Origin: a virus | Taxonomy: Duplodnaviria; Caudoviricetes | IMG/VR virus record: IMGVR_UViG_3300020161_002440 | Location: 3,436-67,435 of that record | Length of the DNA: 64,000 nt | Direction: 5' to 3' (one strand) | Shown here: positions 37,714 to 47,642 of the stretch, in pieces | Layout: each line of letters begins with the position of its first letter | Position numbering within the stretch: position 1 is the stretch's first letter | Notes under the pieces: model-generated | The model's database searches: none | Told to the model about the DNA's origin: nothing | Seen by the model: the letters and a program-made list of their open reading frames with translations, nothing else | Program-made: the position numbers and the translations under genes

Positions 37714-40146
37714 ATGATGTCATTAAGAATACAAAAAAGAAATGGAGAGGACGCGTCCTTTAATCCACAAAAAATTTACCAAAGAATTAAACGTTCAGCT
37801 AAAGGATTGAATGTAAATTCTGACGAGATTTTTATTAAAGTAATTACCTCAGTACCAACTGAAGGTTTAATTACAACAAAAGAGTTAGACAAACTTATTT
37901 ATGAGATTGCTGCGGCGTATACTGGAAGTCATCACGACTATTCAAGATTAGCGTCTTCAGTTGCAATATCTTCATACCACAAAGAGACTTCTGAAAGTTT
38001 TTCTGATACTATGCACACATTACACGTAGAAGGTGTTATTAATGATAGGTTGATGGAAATTGTAGAGTCTTACGGACCAAGTAATATTGATTCGGTAATT
38101 AATCACGAAAATGATTATAATTTTGATTACTTCGCTTGGAGGTCATTAATTGAAATGTATTTGTTAAAAACTCCGCAAGGTAAGGTAATTGAAAGACCAC
38201 AACATATGTATATGAGAGTTGCTCTTTGGGTTACAAATACTTTTGAAGAAGCGGTTGATTATTATAATTCATTATCAAACCAACTAATCTCTCCCGCAAC
38301 ACCAATAATGATTAATTCAGGGACTAAAACACCTCAATTGGCTTCTTGTGTGTTACATTATAACGATTCAGATTCAAGAAACGGTTTGTTACAAACATTC
38401 AGTGACATCTCAACATATTCCTCAGACGCTGCGGGTATTGGATTATGTATGTCAAACATTAGAAGTAAAGAAAGTCGTATTAATTCTTCAGGAGGATTTG
38501 CTGGTGGGTTATTAAAATATCTGAAAATTGTTAATGAAGGACTGAGATTCTTTAATCAACAAGGACGTAGACCTGGTAGTGCTGCAATTTATTTGGAACC
38601 TTGGCATAAAGATATTATTGATTTATTAGAGATTAAAAAGAATACAGGTGCTGAAGAATTGAGAGCTAGAGACTTATTTACCGCATTATGGATTCCTGAC
38701 AATTTTATGAAAGCGGTTGAGAATAATGACGATTGGTACTTATTCTGTCCTAACGATATTGTTAAATCAGGTCTTAAACCGTTACAAGAATGTTATGGTG
38801 AAGAGTATGAGAAAAACTATAATAAAGCAGTTGAGATGGGATTAGGTAAAAAAGTAAGCGCTCAAACTATTTGGAATAAAATAATTGAATCTCAAGTTGA
38901 AACAGGGGTACCTTATTTATGTTCAAAAGATAGTGCTAACAGAAAAACAAACCATCAAAATATCGGTGTTATTAAACAATCCAACTTATGTAATGAGATT
39001 TACCAATACACTGATGAGAACACAACTGCTATTTGTACGTTGTCTTCTATGGTATTAAAAAACTTTATCATTGACGGTAAATTTGATTTTAAATTATTAT
39101 ATAACGAAGTTAGAAAAGTAGTTAGAGCATTAAACAATGTTGTAGATAAAAATAATTACTCTACTGATAAAGGTCATAAAGGTGGTTTAGAACAAAGAGC
39201 AATTGCTATTGGAACACAGGGACTTGCAGATGTTTTCTATTTAATGGATTATATCTTCACTTCAGAAGACGCTAAAACGTTAAATAAACAAATTTTTGAA
39301 ACAATCTATTTTGCAGCAATTACTGAAAGTAATGACCTTTGTAAAACTGAAAACAGAAAACCTTACAAATTCTTTAACGGGTCTCCTATGTCTAATGGTG
39401 TATTCCAATTTGATATGTGGGGATTAAACGAGTCTGATTTATCAGGTATGTTTGATTGGGAGTCATTAAAAAATGATGTTAAAAAATATGGTGTTTGTAA
39501 TTCATTATTTACCGCTCAAATGCCTGTAGCTTCTTCAGCGAAGATTACGGGTTCATTTGAAATGACAGAACCAGCACACTCGGCTTTATTTAATAGAAGA
39601 GTTGTTGGAGGTGAGATTATGATTGTTAACAAATACCTTATCAACGACTTTGAAAAAATTGGAATTTGGTGTGAAGATTTGAAAAATGAAATCATTATGA
39701 ACGAAGGTTCAATCCAAGGGATTAATTTTTTAAATTACTTAGACACTGAAGATAAGAGATATAACTTTAAAGTTAAAAGAATTGAACATTTAATTGCGAA
39801 GTATAAAACAATATGGGAAATTTCACAAAAAGAATTAATTGATATGGCTTCAGATAGAGCACCGTTTATCGACCAATCTCAATCAATGAATATCTATATG
39901 TCAAATCCTACATTGTCTAAGATTTCATCATCACACTTCCATTCTTGGAAGAAAGGTTTGAAAACACTTTGTTATTATGTAAGAACCAAAGCTATTTCAA
40001 CAGGAGCTAAACACTTGGCGGTTGATATTTCGAAAATTGAATCTCCTAAGAAAAATGTTGAAGTTCCTAAGGTAGATTACAGTCATATGAATCTACCACC
40101 AAAACCTGAAGGAATTGAAATTGAATGTTTCGGATGTTCATCTTAA
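37714..40146 (+). CDS. nrdA: Ribonucleotide reductase class Ia alpha subunit with ATP cone
   Basis: N-terminal ATP cone, ATP.M.NSG...QLASC, SNLCNEI, TAQMPVASS, DQSQSMN, YYVRT, C-terminal CFGC. Confidence 0.98.
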   Translation: MMSLRIQKRNGEDASFNPQKIYQRIKRSAKGLNVNSDEIFIKVITSVPTEGLITTKELDKLIYEIAAAYTGSHHDYSRLASSVAISSYHKETSESFSDTMHTLHVEGVINDRLMEIVESYGPSNIDSVINHENDYNFDYFAWRSLIEMYLLKTPQGKVIERPQHMYMRVALWVTNTFEEAVDYYNSLSNQLISPATPIMINSGTKTPQLASCVLHYNDSDSRNGLLQTFSDISTYSSDAAGIGLCMSNIRSKESRINSSGGFAGGLLKYLKIVNEGLRFFNQQGRRPGSAAIYLEPWHKDIIDLLEIKKNTGAEELRARDLFTALWIPDNFMKAVENNDDWYLFCPNDIVKSGLKPLQECYGEEYEKNYNKAVEMGLGKKVSAQTIWNKIIESQVETGVPYLCSKDSANRKTNHQNIGVIKQSNLCNEIYQYTDENTTAICTLSSMVLKNFIIDGKFDFKLLYNEVRKVVRALNNVVDKNNYSTDKGHKGGLEQRAIAIGTQGLADVFYLMDYIFTSEDAKTLNKQIFETIYFAAITESNDLCKTENRKPYKFFNGSPMSNGVFQFDMWGLNESDLSGMFDWESLKNDVKKYGVCNSLFTAQMPVASSAKITGSFEMTEPAHSALFNRRVVGGEIMIVNKYLINDFEKIGIWCEDLKNEIIMNEGSIQGINFLNYLDTEDKRYNFKVKRIEHLIAKYKTIWEISQKELIDMASDRAPFIDQSQSMNIYMSNPTLSKISSSHFHSWKKGLKTLCYYVRTKAISTGAKHLAVDISKIESPKKNVEVPKVDYSHMNLPPKPEGIEIECFGCSS

Positions 40147-40156
40147 TCACGACACT

Positions 40157-40188
40157 AATCCCGACACCTTGTCGGGATTTTTTATTTT
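40157..40188 (+). terminator. Intrinsic terminator closing the replication block
   Basis: AATCCCGACA-CCT-TGTCGGGATT followed by TTTTATTTT. Confidence 0.85.
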
Positions 40189-40192
40189 ACAC

Positions 40193-40226
40193 TATTTATT
40201 AGAAATAATTACGACACTATATTTAT
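40193..40226 (+). promoter_or_regulatory. Tandem TATTTAT late-type motifs before gp25
   Basis: TATTTAT at 40193-40199 and 40220-40226, each overlapping or following ACACTAT; the second is 5 nt from ATG 40232. Confidence 0.5.
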
Positions 40227-40231
40227 AACAT

Positions 40232-40693
40232 ATGGCAGATGGTAAAACATATGGAATTGCATTCCCGTTTAATTCTTCAACTGATGGAAAATATTTAAAA
40301 CTAACTCAAACATCTACAGATGAGATTAGAACGGATTTGGTGCATTTATTGTTAACAAGAAAAGGTTCTAGATATTTTTTACCTGACTTTGGTACAAGAC
40401 TATATGAATATATTTTTGAACCTTTAGATAGTCCAACATTTAACAATATTGAATCTGAGATTAGAGAGTCTTGTGAAAAATATTTACCTCAATTAAAAAT
40501 AACTAATATTACAATAAAGGCTGCTAGTAGTGAAGAAACTGATTTTGTTGTCACAACTAATGGTGATGCTTACAATAGAGAATACGCACAACCTGGACTA
40601 AACCCAACTGAATACACCGCTAAAGTTAAAATAGAGTATGTTGTGACAGACGACGTGTTTAATTCTAAAGATTTTGTAATTCTAAATATTTAA
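40232..40693 (+). CDS. Baseplate wedge protein, gp25-like
   Basis: LLLTRKGSRYFLPDFGTRLYEYIFEP. Confidence 0.93.
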   Translation: MADGKTYGIAFPFNSSTDGKYLKLTQTSTDEIRTDLVHLLLTRKGSRYFLPDFGTRLYEYIFEPLDSPTFNNIESEIRESCEKYLPQLKITNITIKAASSEETDFVVTTNGDAYNREYAQPGLNPTEYTAKVKIEYVVTDDVFNSKDFVILNI

Positions 40694-40700
40694 TGAATAT

Positions 40701-42542
40701 ATGGCTGAAAAAAGAATATCCTATACAGTAAGAGATTTCCAAGCAATTAGGACTGAACTAATTAACTTTGTACAAACCTACTATCCTGATTTAATTGATA
40801 ACTTCAATGACGCATCAGTTTTTTCTGCATTTTTAGATTTAAATGCTGCGGTATCAGATAATTTACATTATCATATTGATAGAAGTATACAAGAAACTGT
40901 ACTACAAACCGCACAACAAAAATCATCTATTTTTAATATTGCTAGAACCTATGGTTTAAAATTACCAGGACAAAGACCTTCTGTGTCTCTTGTTGATTTT
41001 TCAATAACAGTTCCTGCAAATGGAGATAAAGACGATGAAAGATATGAAGGTATCTTAAGAAGAGGTAGTCAAGTTATTGGTGCTGGTCAAGTATTTGAAA
41101 ATGTTTATGATATTGATTTTGCTTCACCATACAACGCTCAAGGATTTCCGAATAGATTAAAAATTCCAAATTTTGATGGGAATAATAATTTAATTAATTA
41201 TACTATAACTAAACGTGAATTAGTTGTTAATGGTATTACTAAAGTATTCAAACAAGTAATAACTCCTAATGATGTTAGACCATTTTTAGAATTATTCTTA
41301 CCTGAAAAAAATGTATTAGGTGTAACTGCGGTCATTCAAAAAGATGGTACAAGTTATGCTAATGTACCAACACCTCAGGAATTTTTAAGTGAGGTTGGTA
41401 AATGGTATGAAGTTGATGCGTTAGCACAAGATAGAGTTTTTATTGAAGATACTACAAAACCTTCAGACCAAGCGGGAATTAAAGTTGGTAAATACATAAC
41501 TACTAATGACAGATTTATAACTGAGTTTACACCTGAAGGATTTTTAAAAATGACCTTTGGTGGAGGAAACACATCAGCCGACGAACAACTTAAAGAGTTT
41601 TCAAGAACAGGTGTTAACACTCAAAGTATGCAAAACTATTTAAATAATTTCTCATTAGGCTCTACTTTAAAACCAAACACGACTTTATTTATTCAGTATA
41701 GAGTTGGTGGTGGGTTAGGTACTAATTTAGGTGTTAATGTTATTAATCAAGTTGGTACAGTGTCATTTTTTGTGAACGGTCCATCAGAAGGAACTAATAC
41801 GTCAGTTATTAATTCATTATCTTGTACAAACGTTACTGCAGCAATAGGTGGGGCAGGACTACCGTCATTAGAGGAGGTTAGAAATTATGTATCATTTAAC
41901 TTTTCAGCGCAAAATAGAGCGGTAACCATTAGTGATTACGAAGCGTTAATTAGAAAAATGCCAGGTCAATTTGGGGCACCTGCAAAAGTTGCGGTAATTG
42001 AAGAAGATAACAAAATCAAAATTAAAACTTTATCATACGACACTTCAGGGGCTTTAACATCAATCGTTTCAAATACTTTATTAAATAATTTGGCTGAGTA
42101 TTTGTCAAATTACAGAATGTTAAACGATTATATTTCAGTTGAAACTGCACAAGTTATTGATTTAGCTTTAGAAGTTTCAGTTGTTTTGGATGCCAGTCAA
42201 AACCAAGGAGCGGTCATCAGTTCAATTATTAATAAGATAAGTGATTATTTTAGTCCCGCGATTAGACAATTAGGTCAAAACGTAAATCTTTCGGAAATTA
42301 ATAGAATAATCCAATCTGAAAACGGAGTACTATCTTTAACAGAATTAAAAGTTTATAATAAAGTTGGAGGACAATACTCTTCATCAGAAACTTCAATGGC
42401 TTATTCAGACCCTGCAACCAAACAGATAGGTCCTGTAGATAATACAATCTTTGCATTACCAAATCAAATTTACCAAGTTAGGTACCCTAATAAAGATATT
42501 ACTGTTAAGGTTAAGAATTTCCAAACAGTATCTATTAGTTAA
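40701..42542 (+). CDS. Baseplate wedge protein, gp6/J-like
   Basis: RDFQAIRTELINF, A...SIFNIARTYG, YRVGGG..TN, NFSAQNRAVTISDYE. Confidence 0.92.
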   Translation: MAEKRISYTVRDFQAIRTELINFVQTYYPDLIDNFNDASVFSAFLDLNAAVSDNLHYHIDRSIQETVLQTAQQKSSIFNIARTYGLKLPGQRPSVSLVDFSITVPANGDKDDERYEGILRRGSQVIGAGQVFENVYDIDFASPYNAQGFPNRLKIPNFDGNNNLINYTITKRELVVNGITKVFKQVITPNDVRPFLELFLPEKNVLGVTAVIQKDGTSYANVPTPQEFLSEVGKWYEVDALAQDRVFIEDTTKPSDQAGIKVGKYITTNDRFITEFTPEGFLKMTFGGGNTSADEQLKEFSRTGVNTQSMQNYLNNFSLGSTLKPNTTLFIQYRVGGGLGTNLGVNVINQVGTVSFFVNGPSEGTNTSVINSLSCTNVTAAIGGAGLPSLEEVRNYVSFNFSAQNRAVTISDYEALIRKMPGQFGAPAKVAVIEEDNKIKIKTLSYDTSGALTSIVSNTLLNNLAEYLSNYRMLNDYISVETAQVIDLALEVSVVLDASQNQGAVISSIINKISDYFSPAIRQLGQNVNLSEINRIIQSENGVLSLTELKVYNKVGGQYSSSETSMAYSDPATKQIGPVDNTIFALPNQIYQVRYPNKDITVKVKNFQTVSIS

Positions 42543-42640
42543 TAATTTATTTTCCTCATTTAAGACGTATGTTTATGGTAATACCTATTTCTATTTGAAA
42601 TGGTGTATGTGGTTTTTAATTTGAAAAACGACCAATAAAC

Positions 42641-42647
42641 TATTTAT
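42641..42647 (+). promoter_or_regulatory. TATTTAT late-type motif
   Basis: 21 nt upstream of ATG 42669. Confidence 0.5.
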
Positions 42648-42668
42648 GAAGTAAAGGAAGAAATATTA

Positions 42669-45600
42669 ATGGGTAAAACATATAGAATAAAGGCGACACC
42701 AGGAAAAGACCAAAACTTATTGGTCCAAGTCGACCAAGATTTTGAACAGTTAGAGATTCTATCTTTAAAGATTAGACAAGATGATGTTTATCTTAGAATG
42801 TGCTCTGACTATGGAGTAATTGCGGGTAGGGTGTTTGCTAATAATGGGTATGGTATACCTAATGCAAAAGTATCTGTTTTTATTCCTTTAAAAACCGAAG
42901 ATGAGAATAACCCCATAATCTCAACGTTATATCCTTTTAAAAGTTTAGAAGACACTAATGAGGATGGATTTAAATTTAATATACTTCCATACATTCCTTC
43001 ATACGCTGGTCACGTACCTACAGGTACTTTCCCTACAAGAAAAGATGCTTTAGTTAATCAAACTGTTGTTGAATTATATGAAAAATATTATAAGTATACT
43101 GTAACCACTAATGATAGTGGGGACTATATGATTTACGGTGTTCCTGTTGGTTCACAGACATTAGTTATGAATGTGGATTTATCAGATATTGGTCCTTTTT
43201 CATTAGCACCTGCAGATTTAATCAGAATGGGTGTTGCAACAGAAGAACAGTTTGATGGTAACAGATTTAAAAATTCTTCTAATTTTAATGAGTTACCTCA
43301 AATTATTGTTGTAAATAAAAGTATTGAAGTTTCTCCGTTTTGGGGACAACCTGATTTATGTCAAATAGGGATAACCAGAACTGACTTTGATTTAACATCT
43401 GAAGCTAATATTGATATACAACCGACTTCTATTTTTATGGGGTCATTGATGAGTTCTACTGAAAAAACTGCAATATCAGGAAACGGTACAGTGCCTAAAG
43501 TTACTGGAGATTTATGTAAAATGATTACAGGTCCTGGTGAAATTATTGCCATTAGCCAAACAATTTATCGAGATTCAAACGGATTACCAATACTCGAAAG
43601 AACCAAATTACCTAATGGAGGTAAATTAATTGATGGTACAGGGACTTGGCTATTTGATTTACCGATGAATATGGATTACGTCTACACCAATGAATTTGGA
43701 GAACAAGTTTTATCTGACGACCCATCTGTTGGGGTACCAACCAAAGCAAAATATCGTTTTAAAGTTAAATGGCAACAAAGTAGTTCAGTTACTCAAGATT
43801 ATAAAAGAGCTTATTTCTTAATTCCCAATATTAAAGAAAAAGGTTGGAGTGATTCAGGGTCAATTCCTGTAGGGCCATCCCAAAATAATTTAGATTTCCA
43901 ATCATCATACGCCTTTAGTTTAGATTGGTCCGCTTATACTTCTAGTCCTGTTGTAAACATTACTAATCCTGACATTGCAGAAGCCATTAATTGTATTGAT
44001 AGATTTTATGAATTTGATTACAATAAAGTTTATACCACGGCTCAATTAGTTGACAACTATAAAACAAATAGTAATAGGGAAAGATTTATTGGTATTAAAA
44101 GAATTGATGATGACACTTGTTCTGATGATGTCAATCGTTATCCTGTGAACGATGGAGTTTTTCACGCCACAATTATTTGGATTATTTTTAACATATTAAT
44201 TGCGATATTAGGATTACTTTTTACCTTTATTATCTTACCAATCTATCACATTTTAGCGTTTATTTGGAATAGTTGGTTAATTGATTTATTACTTGCTTTC
44301 CTTCTTTGGATGTTGATTAGTGAATCCATTAATGCGGGTATTGCAGGAGGTATTGCCGCTGCGGCTAGTGATGTCGGTGCGGCGGCAGGATTTTTCATTA
44401 TGTTGGCAATTTATTTAATTTTGATAATTGGCATAATCGTTTATTGGGATGATATTAAAAAGTTCAAATTCGGTCCGATAAAATTACCAATGATGACATA
44501 TCCTGATTGTGATACTTGTGATTGTGATGGTAATGATAGTGGTGAATCCTCAGGAGGAACATCATCATCACCTTCATCCGATTCATCAGCAGCATCTTCA
44601 GTATTAACAAATTTTACTACAGGTCAAATATATTCCACAAAATTATTAACATATTTACAAAGTGCGTCATTACCTTGTTTCCCTGGTGATATCGGAGAGG
44701 TTGCAAGGTTAAGTGAACAGTTAGCGGGTTTTAGTGGAGCTACAGAAAATCAATTTGTTCCCAAAAACACTCAGTACACAATTGGAGGAGTTGATTATGT
44801 TTACAGTACTAATAATTTACCTTTCGGAGAAAGAATTAACTTATTTAACTCAAAGACCAAATATCACGAAGGTTTTAATCAAATATCAGTAGAATGGGAA
44901 CCATCAAATGCTGGAAATACTCCTCACCTTGATAACACCTTGATTTTTATTTCAACAGGAGCGTTAGGAACTCTTAGTGCGGGTACTATGATGAGTTTTG
45001 TTAATCCATCTAAATCAAATGACCCTAACCTTACGGGTAGTTCAACTAACAGTCTTGGGACTAACAATACTTCGGGAACAACAACTTATCCATCATCAAT
45101 ATCGATTAATTATGCGGACCCATTTAATTTCAACACTAACTTAATTAAGAATTATACTTTTGTCTCAACATATACTGATGAGAGATTATATGAATACCCT
45201 AGTGATGTTGAGTACTTCCAAGTATTAACAGGAATGACTATTTCCGATTTTAGAAATATAAGTGCAGGTTATACTTCCTCTTCTAACTTTTCTAAAACAT
45301 TTGCAGGTATTTTAGAAAGTACTACTTTAATAAGTAAAACTGATGTTAGTGGAATTATTTCTGTTTGTAGTATTAATCTGAAAAATATTGATTACATAGA
45401 CCAAACTCAAAATTATGTGGTTATTTTACAAAGAGGTGTTGACCCATACTCTCCTCAATATAGTACTCAAATAGGTTTAGGTAAAATATTTGGTTCAAAT
45501 TCGACTTCAGATGTATTGATAGACGCTAGTTATAGATTAAACATTCCGATTCAAAACACTACTGCGGGTTCTAACCAAGAATTAATGTTTAAACATAATG

Positions 45601-47642
45601 GTTCTGCAGATAATACGACTCCAAATAATGGATTTCACTTATTTTATCCTTCATATATTTTTACACCAAATATTACAGGACCTAATTCATATTCAGCATA
45701 TACCACTAATAGACATAGTTATTATTCTGAATTAGATAGTACACTAAGTTATAATATAATGACACCATCGTCATCTTTTGTTTCTCACGTAGATAATTCT
45801 AATACAGGTGTTGTCAAAAATTTAAGAACTTTAACTACTAATAATTTTTATAATTTATCTTTAACAAATAATTCTGCGACATACCAAGCACCTGGTGGCA
45901 GTGCTTTTGAATCTGTTGTTGGTTCATCTTATATGTGGTCACCTAATATAACACCAATAACTACAGTTGGTGGTGGAGGATATTATTATAGTAAAATATA
46001 TAATACAGGTACCACAAGTATGAATATGACCAACGCTAATAGAATAGTAATGAGGTCTGATAGATTACCATCATCAGATTATTCAGGTAATACAACTTAT
46101 GGTAACAACACTCTATTATTACAACAAAATTCAGGGACAACTGTTTATGTACTTGGAGGGGTTAATACTGTTACATTATCGGGTAGTTTAGGGACTCCTA
46201 ATTATACTGCAGACCAAATACAACAAGATAACGATTATGTACAAGTTTTAGATACTTTTGATTGTGATAATATGACATTGTTAGGATGTTATCAGGGTAA
46301 CGGACTTAATTTTAACATTAATCCTGGTTGTGCTTCAGGTCAAGACGATGTTGTTAATGGTTGTTATGTGTTAGTTAAAGACCCATTATTTGATTTAATT
46401 AAAGGAGGTAGTACTGGTGACCCTAATGATTTTGAATTATGTTCGGAATTTTTCTATAGATTTAGATTTAACTACGCCTTATGCCAAGGGGTGTTATCTA
46501 ACGTGTTTAATAATAATTGGATTAACGGTAACCTATATGCGGTCCCATTTAAAATAGACACTTATTATAATTCTCAAAATCAAATTTCTAGTCAAAATTA
46601 CGCTAGAGATGTGATAATGTTCCACAACTCAACAAATAATTTCTATTATAGAAGTTCACCTTGGGGTTCTAATAGTCAAAATTTTTGTGGGGCTCAAAAT
46701 AGTAACGTTAGTGGAGGTAATAATTTTAATTTAAAAACCCCAACAACTATTACTAATTTAGGTCCTAGAGAATCTTTCTTAAAAGAAATTTCATATAGTG
46801 GTGATTTTGATGGGTATAATATGTCAGGTATAACAGAAACCACATATAAAGATTTGGGAGATATGATTAACTTCTTTAGTGTTATTAGGTTAATTGATAC
46901 TAATTTTTGGAAAAATATTTTCTCAGACCAAATACGAAGATTGTTTAGTAGAGGTGGTAATAGAGTTGATGGTGATTTTGCACAATCTGCGGCAATTAAT
47001 AGTCAATTAGGAGTAATACCATTTGACGGTAATTTCTATACAACAAGTGGCCCTAACCCTTCTGTTATTGCTGCTAATTTTGTTGCTGGTTCGTCATCAC
47101 CTGTTGCAGGGTCTAACATTACTATGATGGGTATTTTCTTCTCATCAACAACGTCCGATTTACAAACTAGAGATTATGTATCACCTGGACGAGTTAATCG
47201 TTTTAATAATATTATTAACCAATATACTTTTGATTACTTACCAATTAAATCACAAGTAGTACCTCATTATAAATGGCAAGTTTTAAATGCAGGGGCGACT
47301 ATTTTCGGCTCCCAAACTAATGATTGGGCCACAAATCAAGTTGACATATTAAAAAATGTTAAGTATCAAAAATTAGATAGATTAACACATTACCCTTACG
47401 GTATAAGTTACGACAACTCAGTTCCAATTTCAAACTTATCTGAAAATATGAGAGGATATATTTTTGGTAAAGATAGTTCAGGTAATTACCAAGTACCGCC
47501 ACCAATTAGTAATGCTACATTAAACAACAACCCTGGATTAGGTGGGGCTCCGTGGTATTTTTATTTTGGATTACGTAGAGGTCAAACCGCGATAAACAGA
47601 TTTTACACTAAATATGTGGGAGAAGGAGGGTTAAATGAGTAA
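42669..47642 (+). CDS. Large baseplate-cluster protein (1657 aa) with an N-terminal carboxypeptidase-regulatory-like beta-sandwich and an internal multi-pass hydrophobic segment
   Basis: GVIAGRVF...GIPNAKVSVF...TTNDSGDYMIYGVPVG; residues ~502-593 strongly hydrophobic; CDTCDCD follows. Confidence 0.7.
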   Translation: MGKTYRIKATPGKDQNLLVQVDQDFEQLEILSLKIRQDDVYLRMCSDYGVIAGRVFANNGYGIPNAKVSVFIPLKTEDENNPIISTLYPFKSLEDTNEDGFKFNILPYIPSYAGHVPTGTFPTRKDALVNQTVVELYEKYYKYTVTTNDSGDYMIYGVPVGSQTLVMNVDLSDIGPFSLAPADLIRMGVATEEQFDGNRFKNSSNFNELPQIIVVNKSIEVSPFWGQPDLCQIGITRTDFDLTSEANIDIQPTSIFMGSLMSSTEKTAISGNGTVPKVTGDLCKMITGPGEIIAISQTIYRDSNGLPILERTKLPNGGKLIDGTGTWLFDLPMNMDYVYTNEFGEQVLSDDPSVGVPTKAKYRFKVKWQQSSSVTQDYKRAYFLIPNIKEKGWSDSGSIPVGPSQNNLDFQSSYAFSLDWSAYTSSPVVNITNPDIAEAINCIDRFYEFDYNKVYTTAQLVDNYKTNSNRERFIGIKRIDDDTCSDDVNRYPVNDGVFHATIIWIIFNILIAILGLLFTFIILPIYHILAFIWNSWLIDLLLAFLLWMLISESINAGIAGGIAAAASDVGAAAGFFIMLAIYLILIIGIIVYWDDIKKFKFGPIKLPMMTYPDCDTCDCDGNDSGESSGGTSSSPSSDSSAASSVLTNFTTGQIYSTKLLTYLQSASLPCFPGDIGEVARLSEQLAGFSGATENQFVPKNTQYTIGGVDYVYSTNNLPFGERINLFNSKTKYHEGFNQISVEWEPSNAGNTPHLDNTLIFISTGALGTLSAGTMMSFVNPSKSNDPNLTGSSTNSLGTNNTSGTTTYPSSISINYADPFNFNTNLIKNYTFVSTYTDERLYEYPSDVEYFQVLTGMTISDFRNISAGYTSSSNFSKTFAGILESTTLISKTDVSGIISVCSINLKNIDYIDQTQNYVVILQRGVDPYSPQYSTQIGLGKIFGSNSTSDVLIDASYRLNIPIQNTTAGSNQELMFKHNGSADNTTPNNGFHLFYPSYIFTPNITGPNSYSAYTTNRHSYYSELDSTLSYNIMTPSSSFVSHVDNSNTGVVKNLRTLTTNNFYNLSLTNNSATYQAPGGSAFESVVGSSYMWSPNITPITTVGGGGYYYSKIYNTGTTSMNMTNANRIVMRSDRLPSSDYSGNTTYGNNTLLLQQNSGTTVYVLGGVNTVTLSGSLGTPNYTADQIQQDNDYVQVLDTFDCDNMTLLGCYQGNGLNFNINPGCASGQDDVVNGCYVLVKDPLFDLIKGGSTGDPNDFELCSEFFYRFRFNYALCQGVLSNVFNNNWINGNLYAVPFKIDTYYNSQNQISSQNYARDVIMFHNSTNNFYYRSSPWGSNSQNFCGAQNSNVSGGNNFNLKTPTTITNLGPRESFLKEISYSGDFDGYNMSGITETTYKDLGDMINFFSVIRLIDTNFWKNIFSDQIRRLFSRGGNRVDGDFAQSAAINSQLGVIPFDGNFYTTSGPNPSVIAANFVAGSSSPVAGSNITMMGIFFSSTTSDLQTRDYVSPGRVNRFNNIINQYTFDYLPIKSQVVPHYKWQVLNAGATIFGSQTNDWATNQVDILKNVKYQKLDRLTHYPYGISYDNSVPISNLSENMRGYIFGKDSSGNYQVPPPISNATLNNNPGLGGAPWYFYFGLRRGQTAINRFYTKYVGEGGLNE

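Noticed and set aside
1270-40146. Introns, inteins or homing endonucleases in polB, recA, dnaB, nrdA, nrdB
   Set aside because: Lengths are ordinary and motifs contiguous; no intein or LAGLIDADG/HNH/GIY-YIG signatures seen.
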